Shown in pieces: positions 41,073 through 50,548 of a stretch of DNA of 64,000 nt. The number at the start of each line of letters is the position of its first letter. Position 1 is the stretch's first letter. This stretch comes from an uncultured Gammaproteobacteria bacterium. Lineage in GTDB: Bacteria > Patescibacteriota > Microgenomatia > UBA8517. The stretch lies in NCBI GenBank assembly GCA_964458085.1, contig CAYWFF010000001.1:890-64889 (forward strand), in the 5' to 3' direction. The notes below the pieces were generated by a model, which saw only the letters and a list, made by a program, of their open reading frames with translations, searched no databases and was not told the DNA's origin. Position numbers and translations under genes: made by a program.

Positions 41073-41385
41073 TCCCCGGTAGCTCAGTGGTAGAGCAGGA
41101 AGCTGTGAAGTGACGCAGCCTTCAACAGAGATGTTGAAGAGAAAATTGGGTGAATTGCGGGAAGCCTAAAGCTAAAGCTAAGGTAATCCGCAGCCAAGAC
41201 CTATTTGATATTATCAAACAGGTAAGGTTCAGAGACTAGGTGATTACACCCAGAGTCGAGTCTGACTCGACGAGAGCGCCCAACACCCTACCCTTTTAGG
41301 AAGGGTGATGAGATAGTCCACGCTATATGGAAACATATGGATCAGTGTAACTTCAAGGTCGTAGGTTCGAGCCCTACCCGGGGAG
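41073..41385 (+). tRNA. tRNA-Asn(GTT) interrupted by a group I intron; exons 41073-41106 and 41348-41385
   Basis: Acceptor TCCCCGG/CCGGGGA; D arm GCTC/GAGC; anticodon loop CT-GT|T-AA after splicing; T arm GTAGG-TTCGAGC-CCTAC; discriminator G; no encoded CCA. Confidence 0.93.
41107..41347 (+). ncRNA. Group I intron (241 nt, no ORF)
   Basis: P: AATTGCGGGAA; Q: AATCCGCAGC; R: GTTCAGAGACTAG; S: GAGATAGTCC; P1 exon GCUGU pairs with intron GCAGC ending in U-G; terminal G at 41347; P10 GAAG/CTTC. Confidence 0.93.
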
Positions 41386-42876
41386 CACATTAGTACGATA
41401 TTCTGGCAAAAGCAGTACATCGTAAGGTTTTTTGAGGCGAAAATCGAGTTTTCCGTCTTTCAAAATAAGGTTCTCACCGAGGTCGAGAATCAAATCACGT
41501 TTTTCTTCCTTTGTCCCATTCTCCAATCTTTCTTTAGCTGAAAACGCATTATCGAGATATCGTGTGCACATTTCCAACCAAGTATCGGCTGAGTAATCAT
41601 TATCTTCCAACTTTTCTTTGATAGACTTTTTCTCATTGAGAAGTTCTGACTTCTGCTCCAGAAACTCTTCCTTAGTTAGTTCTTGATCTGCTCTCATCCT
41701 GACCAGATACTTAATTCGAGTTTGGATGGCATTATATTGATTCTGTAAATATCTTGCTCGTTTGGAAAACTTTTCTACTTCTTCTTGGTATTTGGCTTTG
41801 AATAACTCAATACCTAATTTCCATGTCTCTTCATCAATCTTGATCTGCACCATGTTTTCGAGCAGAAGTTTTTCTAATCTTTTGCCTGTTATTGCTTGTT
41901 GTTTGCAAATACCTCTTCTGTGAGTGCAATGGTGGTAAGTATAGACAACTGTTCTGTTGGTACGTTTGAAATACTTTGTTTTGACTGTTGTTGTGATTTG
42001 GCAGCCACAATCGCCACAAGTAATCAATCCGTTATAGGTATGCTCCCATACTTTCAATTTAGGCCGAGAACGGAGTTGTAATGCCATTTGCACATCCTCA
42101 AACAACTTCTTGGTTATTAGTGGTTCATACGTACCTTCAAACAACTCGCCATTATGGTGGAAGTATCCATAATAAACTATGCAGTTTAGAATGTTGTGTA
42201 CATGGCTTTTACTGATTTTCTTACCTCGCTTAGTTCGTAATCCTTTATCGTAAAGATGTTTGGCAATCTTTGAGAGGGGGTTACCTTCTTTCGCCATTTG
42301 AAAAGCCTGTTGAATCAATGGGCCTTCAAACGGATGTGGCCTCATAATTCGTTGTCCTCGAATACCAAAGCCTTCATATCCAACTATAGCTGGTCTGGGA
42401 TACTCACCACGTTCGCACTTATGATTTAGTCCTCGTTTTACGTTTTGACTTAGATTTCTTGAATACTGATTAGCCATCCCAAAGTGGATTTGCAGAATCA
42501 GGTGATCTGATTCCTGTGTATAGACAGAACCAGTTGCTGTTCTAATTTCCTTGAGCACACCATCTTGGAGGAGTTGTAAGATCATTCCTCCTTCTTCTGG
42601 ATTACCACAAAGACGATCTTCTTTCCAACAAAGAAAAGCATTTGCTTTTCCAGTCTTTATCAACTGGATTGCCTTATCAAAGTCTGGTCTGTTGTGAGGC
42701 TTGAAAGCTGATCTACTCTCAGAGAATCGGTATTTGACTCTGAGTCCTTCTCGTTTTTCAACCTTTACATTTTCAGCATGTTGATCTTTGAGAGAAGCTA
42801 CTTGTCGCTCTTTCGCTTCGGACGATTTGCGACCATATTCTATATGCACAATTTCATTATCTATACTCATATTCAT
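41374..42876 (-). CDS. Large serine recombinase 1; its stop codon lies inside the tRNA 3' end
   Basis: YGRKSSE catalytic Ser, EDRL, recombinase domain, CGDCG...HC...C Zn ribbon, coiled coil; ends NVLPG*. Confidence 0.95.
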   Translation of the reverse strand: MNMSIDNEIVHIEYGRKSSEAKERQVASLKDQHAENVKVEKREGLRVKYRFSESRSAFKPHNRPDFDKAIQLIKTGKANAFLCWKEDRLCGNPEEGGMILQLLQDGVLKEIRTATGSVYTQESDHLILQIHFGMANQYSRNLSQNVKRGLNHKCERGEYPRPAIVGYEGFGIRGQRIMRPHPFEGPLIQQAFQMAKEGNPLSKIAKHLYDKGLRTKRGKKISKSHVHNILNCIVYYGYFHHNGELFEGTYEPLITKKLFEDVQMALQLRSRPKLKVWEHTYNGLITCGDCGCQITTTVKTKYFKRTNRTVVYTYHHCTHRRGICKQQAITGKRLEKLLLENMVQIKIDEETWKLGIELFKAKYQEEVEKFSKRARYLQNQYNAIQTRIKYLVRMRADQELTKEEFLEQKSELLNEKKSIKEKLEDNDYSADTWLEMCTRYLDNAFSAKERLENGTKEEKRDLILDLGENLILKDGKLDFRLKKPYDVLLLPEYRTNVLPG

Positions 42877-42908
42877 CTACTTATAATTTTAGCAAAGTAA
42901 CAGCCTCA

Positions 42909-43457
42909 TTACAGTGATGGTTCCTCCTTATTACTCTCTCCTAAACTCTCCTCTATATCTCTAATATCTTCCTCAGATAAACCCAATTCACCCATAGAAG
43001 GAAAATTAGAGCTTTGAGGGCTGTTTTGAGATGACTTCCTTTGCATTTCTGCAATAAAATAATCCTCTTTTTCAATTTGTGTATGCAAGGTTGCAAATAA
43101 TTCTTTCATTATTGATTCAGGGAACTTAGCAAAGATTTTGATCCACTCTTTTTCAAAAGCATAATAATTGGTAATGATGGTCAGTCCATTTTTTTCGCTG
43201 AGAAGTCCCAATTTGATAAGTTCTTTACGCCTTCTATGAACTGTTGAAATACTACAGTTCCACGCTTTGGCTAATACTTGATCGTCACGGATGATTACTC
43301 TGTAATTTTCGTGTCTTCGATCAAAATCAGCTTGCATAACAAAGGCAATATAAGCACCTAACTGAGTAAAACCAAAATCTGGATGATTGAGAAGGAATTG
43401 GACACCTCGAAGAACCGAAATGTATCCGATAAAATTAGGTTTGTATTGAATCTTCAT
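42909..43457 (-). CDS. HTH protein, possibly a replication initiator
   Basis: LAKAWNCSISTVHRRRKELIKLGLL winged-HTH pattern. Confidence 0.65.
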   Translation of the reverse strand: MKIQYKPNFIGYISVLRGVQFLLNHPDFGFTQLGAYIAFVMQADFDRRHENYRVIIRDDQVLAKAWNCSISTVHRRRKELIKLGLLSEKNGLTIITNYYAFEKEWIKIFAKFPESIMKELFATLHTQIEKEDYFIAEMQRKSSQNSPQSSNFPSMGELGLSEEDIRDIEESLGESNKEEPSL

Positions 43458-43479
43458 ATCAATCTGTCACAAATATCAA

Positions 43480-43725
43480 TTACCTTTCTGCGAACAAGCG
43501 ATCCTTGAGAAATCGCATGTTCATGCTGTATTGCTTTACAGGCTGTTTGAGTTCTCCAGAAAAATAGGCACTTGTTATTTCTTCTGACCCTTGTGAATCA
43601 AAAACAAACCAGTAGAAGTTTGCTTCTCGCTCAAGTCGAATTAGTTTGATTCCTGCTGTTAGCAAAGCTGCTGCATGGGCTAAATCCTTAGTAAATGTTT
43701 CTTTTGAATTACTGTTTGTTTGCAT
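43480..43725 (-). CDS. DUF5659-like small protein
   Basis: TKDLAHAAALL...FVF...LKDRLF. Confidence 0.65.
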   Translation of the reverse strand: MQTNSNSKETFTKDLAHAAALLTAGIKLIRLEREANFYWFVFDSQGSEEITSAYFSGELKQPVKQYSMNMRFLKDRLFAER

Positions 43726-43912
43726 ATTCCATCCTCCATCTAAACTTGAATGTATGTTCTACAAATGAAACAAGATTCTCAGCAATGGTGATAACTTCTA
43801 AATCGGAGAGGGGGCGTTGATACTTTGGCTCGTACATTTTTCTGACTTTCTGTTGCAGTTCGTCAGTGAGCCATTTCGGAGCAATGATAGTTTTATTTGA
43901 TTTCTTATTCAT
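43709..43912 (-). CDS. Small hypothetical protein of element 1
   Basis: 67 aa; overlaps the downstream ORF in operon fashion. Confidence 0.65.
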   Translation of the reverse strand: MNKKSNKTIIAPKWLTDELQQKVRKMYEPKYQRPLSDLEVITIAENLVSFVEHTFKFRWRMEYANKQ

Positions 43913-43921
43913 CTGTTACCC

Positions 43922-44800
43922 TTGCTCGAAAAATTGTTTCCGAGCGATTACACAAAGGGTAACAAGAGAAGAACTCAAAGTAACTTGAGGTTTGGTGTGG
44001 TGGGCATTATTCTTGTTTTAGTAATAGGTGGATGGTACTTGTTCACTTCTCGTAATCAGGTAATGCTTTCAACCGAAGAACAAATAAAGCAATTAGAAGA
44101 AAAAATCGCTTCTGATCCTCAATATCAGGACAGAAGATCACAGACATACAAGGATGCACAGAACCAGTTGTGTTTGTTGAAAGCTCGTCCTACCGATCAA
44201 CGAGAAAAAGCAATTACTTCAATAAAGGCTTTCATTGATGATGAAAATGCCAAGGTTGATTTTTCCTGTGGAGAGTTTAGAAGGCCAGCATTTTTAGGAG
44301 CCTCACAAGCAGAGAGATATTTAGTAGATAACAACGAAATTATCATCAATACAGCTACGAATCATGTCGCTGAGATACCTGTTCAGGATAACTGGGTATA
44401 TCAAAAGGACGGAACACGTTTTGGTAATACATCTTCAAATCTACCCTTATATAGCCAGACAGAGATTGAGGAATTAGCCAAGAACTTTCTGACTAAACAT
44501 TCTCAAGCAATTGGGTCGATTGACCTCTCCTCACTAAAGTTTGAGATTGGCAAGAAGAGCAATGGGACCAGTTCAACAAATTATTTCCTTACTTGGAGTG
44601 GTGAACAGAAAAAAAGGAAATTACCAGAGCCTCAAAAGACATGCAGTAAGGATTTAGCACCAGAAGCAATCCAATACTACGAATCCGATGGAACGCCTTG
44701 TTACACAAATTACGAAGAAAACTATAACCCTCAACTAAGCATTGCATTTACGAACGAAGGGAGGCTTGTCAGTTTTAGTAGTTCTTTGGAGGTAGAGTAA
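43922..44800 (+). CDS. Membrane-anchored hypothetical protein (cargo)
   Basis: N-terminal TM, extracytoplasmic domain with four Cys. Confidence 0.7.
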   Translation: MLEKLFPSDYTKGNKRRTQSNLRFGVVGIILVLVIGGWYLFTSRNQVMLSTEEQIKQLEEKIASDPQYQDRRSQTYKDAQNQLCLLKARPTDQREKAITSIKAFIDDENAKVDFSCGEFRRPAFLGASQAERYLVDNNEIIINTATNHVAEIPVQDNWVYQKDGTRFGNTSSNLPLYSQTEIEELAKNFLTKHSQAIGSIDLSSLKFEIGKKSNGTSSTNYFLTWSGEQKKRKLPEPQKTCSKDLAPEAIQYYESDGTPCYTNYEENYNPQLSIAFTNEGRLVSFSSSLEVE

Positions 44801-45949
44801 ATGAAGTTCGGTATTAGAACACCATCACTCAAAAGGAGGATAGCAGCCAGAACATCTTGGAAACGCTTTGTAAGGCACAGTATGGGCTTGAAAGCTCCCA
44901 GAGGGATGGGAATAATAACAAACCCAAAAAAGGCTTTGTATAACAAAGTTTATAACAAGACATCTGTGAGTGTCGATGACTTGCTGAAAGGACATTCTCC
45001 TATTCCAGCAGTACCATCTCTCACACATAAACCAAATATGGAAGAACAACCACAAGCAGGTATACAAATAAACAATACAGGTAACATTATCAGGAGTTCG
45101 AGTCGAGCACTTACAGTTACAAGCAAGAACTTTCAGGAATTGCGACAGCAGATTACTGATATTTACAATCAGAGAGTTGAATTGCTCAAGAAACTGAGTA
45201 ACGCAAAGACTAAATTATTTTTACTTACCACTCTTCACTTTGGAAGCTATCTGTTCATCGTTGGTTTTTTCTACAAGAAAATTGCTGAAACAAGGAAGGC
45301 ACAGCAGGAAGTTGTCAAAGAATTAGAGAAACAAGTTTCCGAGACATTTGTGAAGTTGACTTTTGCAGACAAATCTCAATTAGAGAAAAGTTGGCTCAAT
45401 TGTATTGATGCTTTCAAAGAACTAATGAGTAGCGAGAAGATATGGGATATTACTTATGCTGAAAATGTGAATAGAGCACAGGCAAGAACAGTAGCCCAGA
45501 CAGCAACCAAACGTACTCCTATCACCAAAACTGAAAGGAATCTTGAGTTCATCAAGAGCGATTTGCCGTTCTTATTTCTTCCAAATGAAAATGGCCCAGA
45601 CCTATTTTTCTTTCCAACCTTTCTCCTTCTTTTCAAAGACAATCAGGAGTTTGGTATTTTCGACCTGAAAGAAATCAAAGCCAACATGAAATTATCAGGA
45701 TACATTGAGGAGGAGGGTGTTCCGAAGGACACTGAAATCATTCAACACACTTGGAAAAAGGCAAACAAAGATGGATCAATGGACAAGCGATTCAAAGGCA
45801 ATTATCAAATCCCAGTAGTGAAGTACGGAGATGTCACTTTTGAATCGGAGGGTGGTCTTGAGGAGTCATTCATGTTTAGCAACTTTGATGCTTTTACTGA
45901 TTTTTCAAAGACCTACGAATACCATGTTTCCTTATTAGGAAAACTCTAA
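44801..45949 (+). CDS. Membrane protein with a basic phage-type N-terminus and DUF4236-associated-like C-terminus
   Basis: MKFGIRTPSLKRRIAART...PKKALYNKVYNKT; WKKANKDGSMDKRFKGNYQIP. Confidence 0.65.
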   Translation: MKFGIRTPSLKRRIAARTSWKRFVRHSMGLKAPRGMGIITNPKKALYNKVYNKTSVSVDDLLKGHSPIPAVPSLTHKPNMEEQPQAGIQINNTGNIIRSSSRALTVTSKNFQELRQQITDIYNQRVELLKKLSNAKTKLFLLTTLHFGSYLFIVGFFYKKIAETRKAQQEVVKELEKQVSETFVKLTFADKSQLEKSWLNCIDAFKELMSSEKIWDITYAENVNRAQARTVAQTATKRTPITKTERNLEFIKSDLPFLFLPNENGPDLFFFPTFLLLFKDNQEFGIFDLKEIKANMKLSGYIEEEGVPKDTEIIQHTWKKANKDGSMDKRFKGNYQIPVVKYGDVTFESEGGLEESFMFSNFDAFTDFSKTYEYHVSLLGKL

Positions 45950-45951
45950 TT

Positions 45952-46713
45952 ATGTTTGGATTATTCAATAAGGCTAAGTTCTCCAGTGACGATGAAGCCT
46001 CTACAGCCCTTATGCGTATCTCCAGTATGGGTTTTGGAAGTGAGCAGGACTTCGCAAAAGATAACATGCTCAAGGTTCTGGCTGAAGTCGAACAGTACGC
46101 CAGCAATTTACAGAATCCGAAACTGGCTTATTGGTTAGGCATTGCGTGGAGAAACTTTACTGCTTGGCATATTCGAGGTGAGGATAGAAAAGAATATCTG
46201 GATAAAGCAGTGTTCTACTTTGATAAGGCCTTACAACTCTCAAAAGATACTTTACCAATTCAACTTCCACTTGAGAAACGACATAATGCCGATTACTTGG
46301 ACCAAATTGATATTGCTGGAGAGTTAGGGCACATGCTCGTTGAAGATGCTCCTATACGTGACTTGGATCGAGCAGAAAAGGTACTGCAATTCGTTTTTGA
46401 TAACACAGAGGAATACGAACCATGCCTCTGTGCCTATGCAGAGCTGTTTTATAAGCGTGGTGACTATGAGATATCTGCTGAGATCGGACTCAATATCAGC
46501 GACAGGTGTGCAAAGTCCCCAGAATGGAAGGATGATCCACCACCTGCACCATTGGGCATTGTTGGCAGTGCTTATAGGGCGTTAGCAAAACAGGCAAAGA
46601 AAGAGGGCAAAACCAACGAAGCAATCAAATGGTTCAAGAAAATGAAGGATTTGAAAGTCGCTTCCGACAATGATTTGAAAATCTTGGAAAAGCTGAAATC
46701 TGCTGGCCTATAA
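45952..46713 (+). CDS. TPR-like helical repeat protein (cargo)
   Basis: AYWLGIAW...AVFYFDKAL; YAELFYKRGDYE. Confidence 0.65.
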   Translation: MFGLFNKAKFSSDDEASTALMRISSMGFGSEQDFAKDNMLKVLAEVEQYASNLQNPKLAYWLGIAWRNFTAWHIRGEDRKEYLDKAVFYFDKALQLSKDTLPIQLPLEKRHNADYLDQIDIAGELGHMLVEDAPIRDLDRAEKVLQFVFDNTEEYEPCLCAYAELFYKRGDYEISAEIGLNISDRCAKSPEWKDDPPPAPLGIVGSAYRALAKQAKKEGKTNEAIKWFKKMKDLKVASDNDLKILEKLKSAGL

Positions 46714-46759
46714 CTCTAATTGAAGTCTGTATCAAGTCTTGGTATAATTCCGATCAAAT

Positions 46760-47200
46760 ATGGCAGAACGACTACCAGCACCGATTAGTCCAGTTGACGC
46801 AATAAGATCAAGGGCTTTTATGGAAAGTTATATCAGGGTCATTCCATCTTTGATTCCTCCTGCAATTATGAATGAAGCACAGTCAATCGTTGCAGCTCAT
46901 AGGCCTGAAGGGGTGCTACCTGGCGAAGAACCTGTTTGTATGGCAGGTTTGAAGCCAAAAGATCACGGCTTTCTCAATGGTTTACATTTACGATCTAAGG
47001 ATGAGCAAAGAAAGATTTTTGCACAGAAAAGATCGGAGTATGCTGGTGACCCAGTAGCCCAGCAACAGATTGATGTTTACGATGGCGATACTGAGTACCA
47101 TGTCAAGATGAGGGAGTTTAGTGATGCTTTGAAATCAGGTAATTCCCAGAAGGAAGCAGAGTTAGACGCTTGGTTCAAGGAACATTATCCAAACATATAA
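46760..47200 (+). CDS. Hypothetical protein (cargo)
   Basis: 146-aa ORF with TATAAT upstream. Confidence 0.65.
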   Translation: MAERLPAPISPVDAIRSRAFMESYIRVIPSLIPPAIMNEAQSIVAAHRPEGVLPGEEPVCMAGLKPKDHGFLNGLHLRSKDEQRKIFAQKRSEYAGDPVAQQQIDVYDGDTEYHVKMREFSDALKSGNSQKEAELDAWFKEHYPNI

Positions 47201-47201
47201 T

Positions 47202-48821
47202 TCAGTTGGCAAATGTGGGCGTGTAGTTATTTGACATAAGAAACTCTCGATAATAGTTTCCCACATAGTCAGTTAGTGCGAGCCAAGTATCACTTATCCG
47301 AACTAGCCTCAAATTTTCAAGTACTTTGAAGGCATCGGTATAAGTAACATTTACAACTTCTTTATCTTTTATCCAGATTTTGCATGCAAACCATCTTAAG
47401 AACTGTTTTTTCTCCTTTTTATTAAATGCTTTATATAGCTTGGGTAATTGCTTTAAGAATTTAATAATAGTATCTATTTTCTTGTCATCCAAGTTAGCTG
47501 AAGGCTTGGAAAGCTTTGCAATATCAGCCTCTACGGATTTAAGTTCATCCTTCAAAGGTAAATACTTCTTTTCAATTCTATCTTGAGGCATTACTTCTGC
47601 AATCATCTGATCTTCAAGTTTGTCCATTTTCTTTTCTATCACTGCTTTTCGGTCTTTCAGTGCCTTTGTTCGTGATGGAATATCATCTCCTTGTTCTTTC
47701 ATAACCTCTTCGAGCTCAGTTCTCAAGCCCTTGAAAAATCTCTCATCAAACTTGATGTTAGCCATAAACTTTTCTAATTGCTTATGAACTTTATCCATCG
47801 GAGCATAGGATTGTTTGCAAACCTTTCCTTTTCTTGAACCTAGACATCGATAATACTTAAAAACCCTTCCATCTGGTTTGACGTGTTGCTCACCAGACAT
47901 AAGAGTTCCACATTCATCACAAAAGACCAATCCTGCAAGAAACCAATTGTGTTTTCTTGACCTGTCAGCACCTTTGTTATGTTTAGCTAAGATTGCCTTA
48001 GACTTTTCTATATCTTCCATTGTTACTATTGATTTATGTTTACCGTCATACATTTTCCCACAATATAACACCTTTCCAGCATAGCGTACATCAGTAAGTA
48101 TTCTGTGAATATTGCTGGAACTAACTCTTTTTCCGTTCTTGGTTCTAAAGCCTTCTTGATACATTTCTTCTTCAAGGGAATAGATGGAGTGATTACCTGT
48201 ATGAAATCTTCTGAAAATTTCTTTAATAAAGTAGACTCTTTCTTTATCAATTTTCCAGGCAACGCCTTTTTTATAAGAGTTTAGATATCCAATGACTGCA
48301 ACTCCTGGTTGAAAACCTTTCTCTGCAAGTGCTACCATTGTTCTTTTTGTCTTCTGTCCTGTTATTTCCCTTTGAAGCTGATTTGCTCCAGCCATTACTA
48401 AGTCCACAAATTTACCAACTGGATCATCACCAAAGTTAGGTTGTTGTGTGGCTATTAGTTCAACACTGTGTTTTTTAAGAAACGATTTTACAGCTAAATG
48501 GTCTTGTGCATCTCTTGCGAATCTATCTGTTTCCTCTAACAAAACAATATCAACATCCTTATCTTTCTCACATCGCTCAAGCATTCTTGTAAATTCTGGC
48601 CTACCAGTTGTACTACCACCACTCTTGCCTCCGTCTTTATAGATTTCTAATATTCTCCAGTTATGTTCTCTTGCATATTTAACCAACCTATCTACTTGAT
48701 CATCTAGAGAATGTCCTTCCCGAACCTGTCTATCTGTGCTTACTCTTGCGTATATTAGACAGCTTTTGATTCTAGCTTGATCTTCTATATGAGAAATATT
48801 TGTTGTATATGTCATTTTCAA
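47202..48821 (-). CDS. Large serine recombinase 2; its present C-terminal 25 aa derive from element 1
   Basis: YARVST, TDRFAR, CDECG...YYRC...C, coiled coil; the frame runs through the 47280 junction. Confidence 0.95.
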   Translation of the reverse strand: MKMTYTTNISHIEDQARIKSCLIYARVSTDRQVREGHSLDDQVDRLVKYAREHNWRILEIYKDGGKSGGSTTGRPEFTRMLERCEKDKDVDIVLLEETDRFARDAQDHLAVKSFLKKHSVELIATQQPNFGDDPVGKFVDLVMAGANQLQREITGQKTKRTMVALAEKGFQPGVAVIGYLNSYKKGVAWKIDKERVYFIKEIFRRFHTGNHSIYSLEEEMYQEGFRTKNGKRVSSSNIHRILTDVRYAGKVLYCGKMYDGKHKSIVTMEDIEKSKAILAKHNKGADRSRKHNWFLAGLVFCDECGTLMSGEQHVKPDGRVFKYYRCLGSRKGKVCKQSYAPMDKVHKQLEKFMANIKFDERFFKGLRTELEEVMKEQGDDIPSRTKALKDRKAVIEKKMDKLEDQMIAEVMPQDRIEKKYLPLKDELKSVEADIAKLSKPSANLDDKKIDTIIKFLKQLPKLYKAFNKKEKKQFLRWFACKIWIKDKEVVNVTYTDAFKVLENLRLVRISDTWLALTDYVGNYYREFLMSNNYTPTFAN

Positions 48822-48950
48822 TACTTTTTCATAACTTTAATGGCCGCCTGGTGAGCTCAACCCAATTGGTATGGATTGTCCAGACGGCCATCAAAAAAAC
48901 CAATTGGTTGTTGAACTCAATTTAATTGAAGCATAAATGTCAAATATTTG

Positions 48951-50546
48951 TCAACTCGCTCTTGCTTCAATATCTTCAAGCTCATTTTGAACCCATTCTT
49001 GGTTAACTTCAATGTCTTTGTTTAGCAAATACTTTTCTTTATTTTCTAATTCAAATTCCCAATGTCCCATTTCAACCGCCCGAAAAGTCTGAAGTATACT
49101 TTCCACATCTGAATTGTGTGTGTTAATAAACAATTCAATTTCACTTTTAGCTCGTTCAATAGTTCCAAAGGGATTTTTGGGATTACTGCTTAATAGCTCT
49201 CCATCATAATGATTATCACTAATTGTTTCTGTTAAAGCTATTCTTTCCTTTATCTCTTTAATTTTGTTTGTGGCATTAGTCACAAATTCTATAAGTGCAT
49301 CTTCATAATCTTTTTTGGATATTTTTACGTCTGCCATATCGCTTTTAAACCAATCTTTGTTTACTTTTACAGGTAACAAAGTAGTCAAAATTGTTACTAT
49401 AAATGATTGCTGTTGTCGGTATCTTTTAATAAGATATTCATCATGAGGGGAGGAGACAACAATAGCTTGTCTGCTTCTTTCTTCTTTTTCTGTAAGGTTT
49501 ATATCCCCTGGATATACAATACCCTTTGTGTCAGTGTACCTTAGCTCTATGCAGTCTTCACTTAGAGGGTTATAGCCTCTATCTTTTTCTCCAGGCTCTC
49601 CAGCATATTTCTGATATCTTCTATCCCAATCATAATAACTTCCAGCCTCAATACCTTCCACCTCTTTGATACTCCACTTTTTAGCTTTACGATCATAATG
49701 TCTAATCTTTCCTGTTGCTTTAACAAGCTCACCATCGATGACTGCTTTTTTTATCCTCTCTTTTTGTTCATCTATAGCTTTTTGCCAAGTTTCATACTCT
49801 TTCTTGCTTGGTTTTTCTAATGCATGTGCTTTTTCTTTTAGAACAATATCTTTAAGCTCATCATCTGACTTACCAACATACTCTTTATACTCTTTCCAAA
49901 GATAAGGCTCTTCACCTATCTTGTCTTTGAATCTCTTATAATTATCTGCTCCGTTTTTTAATCTATTTGTAGCTTTACTTATCAGCTCTTCTTTAGTTTT
50001 CCCATATCTGTCCATCCACCATAAATATTCATCCAAAAGTTCAAATTCTTCGTCTAGCTTTTCTTTTACTTTCAGCTTGTAGAATGCTTCTTGTTTGGCC
50101 AAACCATGCCTCCCATCTATTTGTAAAACCTCTTTTTTAATGGATTTTTTTGCCCTTTTAATCGCTTCGTTATATTCAGTTTTTGTCACAATTACAGGAA
50201 TATTTTCAACATACTCAATTGCTTTATTTAGAATTGGAGATATCGAAAGCAGATAAGTTAAAGGTGAAATTTGTTTTTTATATAAGTTTAATTCTAATAA
50301 AAGAATTTCAATTGTCGGTAGAAGTCTAGTCCACACTTCTTCTTTAAGGGAAATGTAGAAATTATATTTTTCAACTTGTTCATTTGGGCATGCTGAAACA
50401 ATAGTCTTTATTTGACTCTGAACCTCTGGAGGGAGCTCACCATTATTTACCTTGTCAAATGCTTCCATTTGAAGTTTGACTATTAGCTTTGCTCTTTCTT
50501 TTGGTGTCATGAATATAGACACTTTGTTTATATTTAGGTTTCTCAT
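48951..50546 (-). CDS. Hypothetical protein of element 2
   Basis: 531-aa charged, helical ORF. Confidence 0.75.
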   Translation of the reverse strand: MRNLNINKVSIFMTPKERAKLIVKLQMEAFDKVNNGELPPEVQSQIKTIVSACPNEQVEKYNFYISLKEEVWTRLLPTIEILLLELNLYKKQISPLTYLLSISPILNKAIEYVENIPVIVTKTEYNEAIKRAKKSIKKEVLQIDGRHGLAKQEAFYKLKVKEKLDEEFELLDEYLWWMDRYGKTKEELISKATNRLKNGADNYKRFKDKIGEEPYLWKEYKEYVGKSDDELKDIVLKEKAHALEKPSKKEYETWQKAIDEQKERIKKAVIDGELVKATGKIRHYDRKAKKWSIKEVEGIEAGSYYDWDRRYQKYAGEPGEKDRGYNPLSEDCIELRYTDTKGIVYPGDINLTEKEERSRQAIVVSSPHDEYLIKRYRQQQSFIVTILTTLLPVKVNKDWFKSDMADVKISKKDYEDALIEFVTNATNKIKEIKERIALTETISDNHYDGELLSSNPKNPFGTIERAKSEIELFINTHNSDVESILQTFRAVEMGHWEFELENKEKYLLNKDIEVNQEWVQNELEDIEARAS

Positions 50547-50548
50547 GA

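Larger units (their letters stand above)
41383..47283. mobile_element. Integrative element 1 (about 5.9 kb) in the tRNA-Asn 3' end
   Basis: GAGC core at 41383-41386 and 47280-47283; joining the ends gives the palindrome GTGC-GA-GCAC and an open recombinase tail. Confidence 0.82.

Noticed and set aside
41107-41347. Homing endonuclease in the intron
   Set aside because: The intron is only 241 nt and has no ORF.
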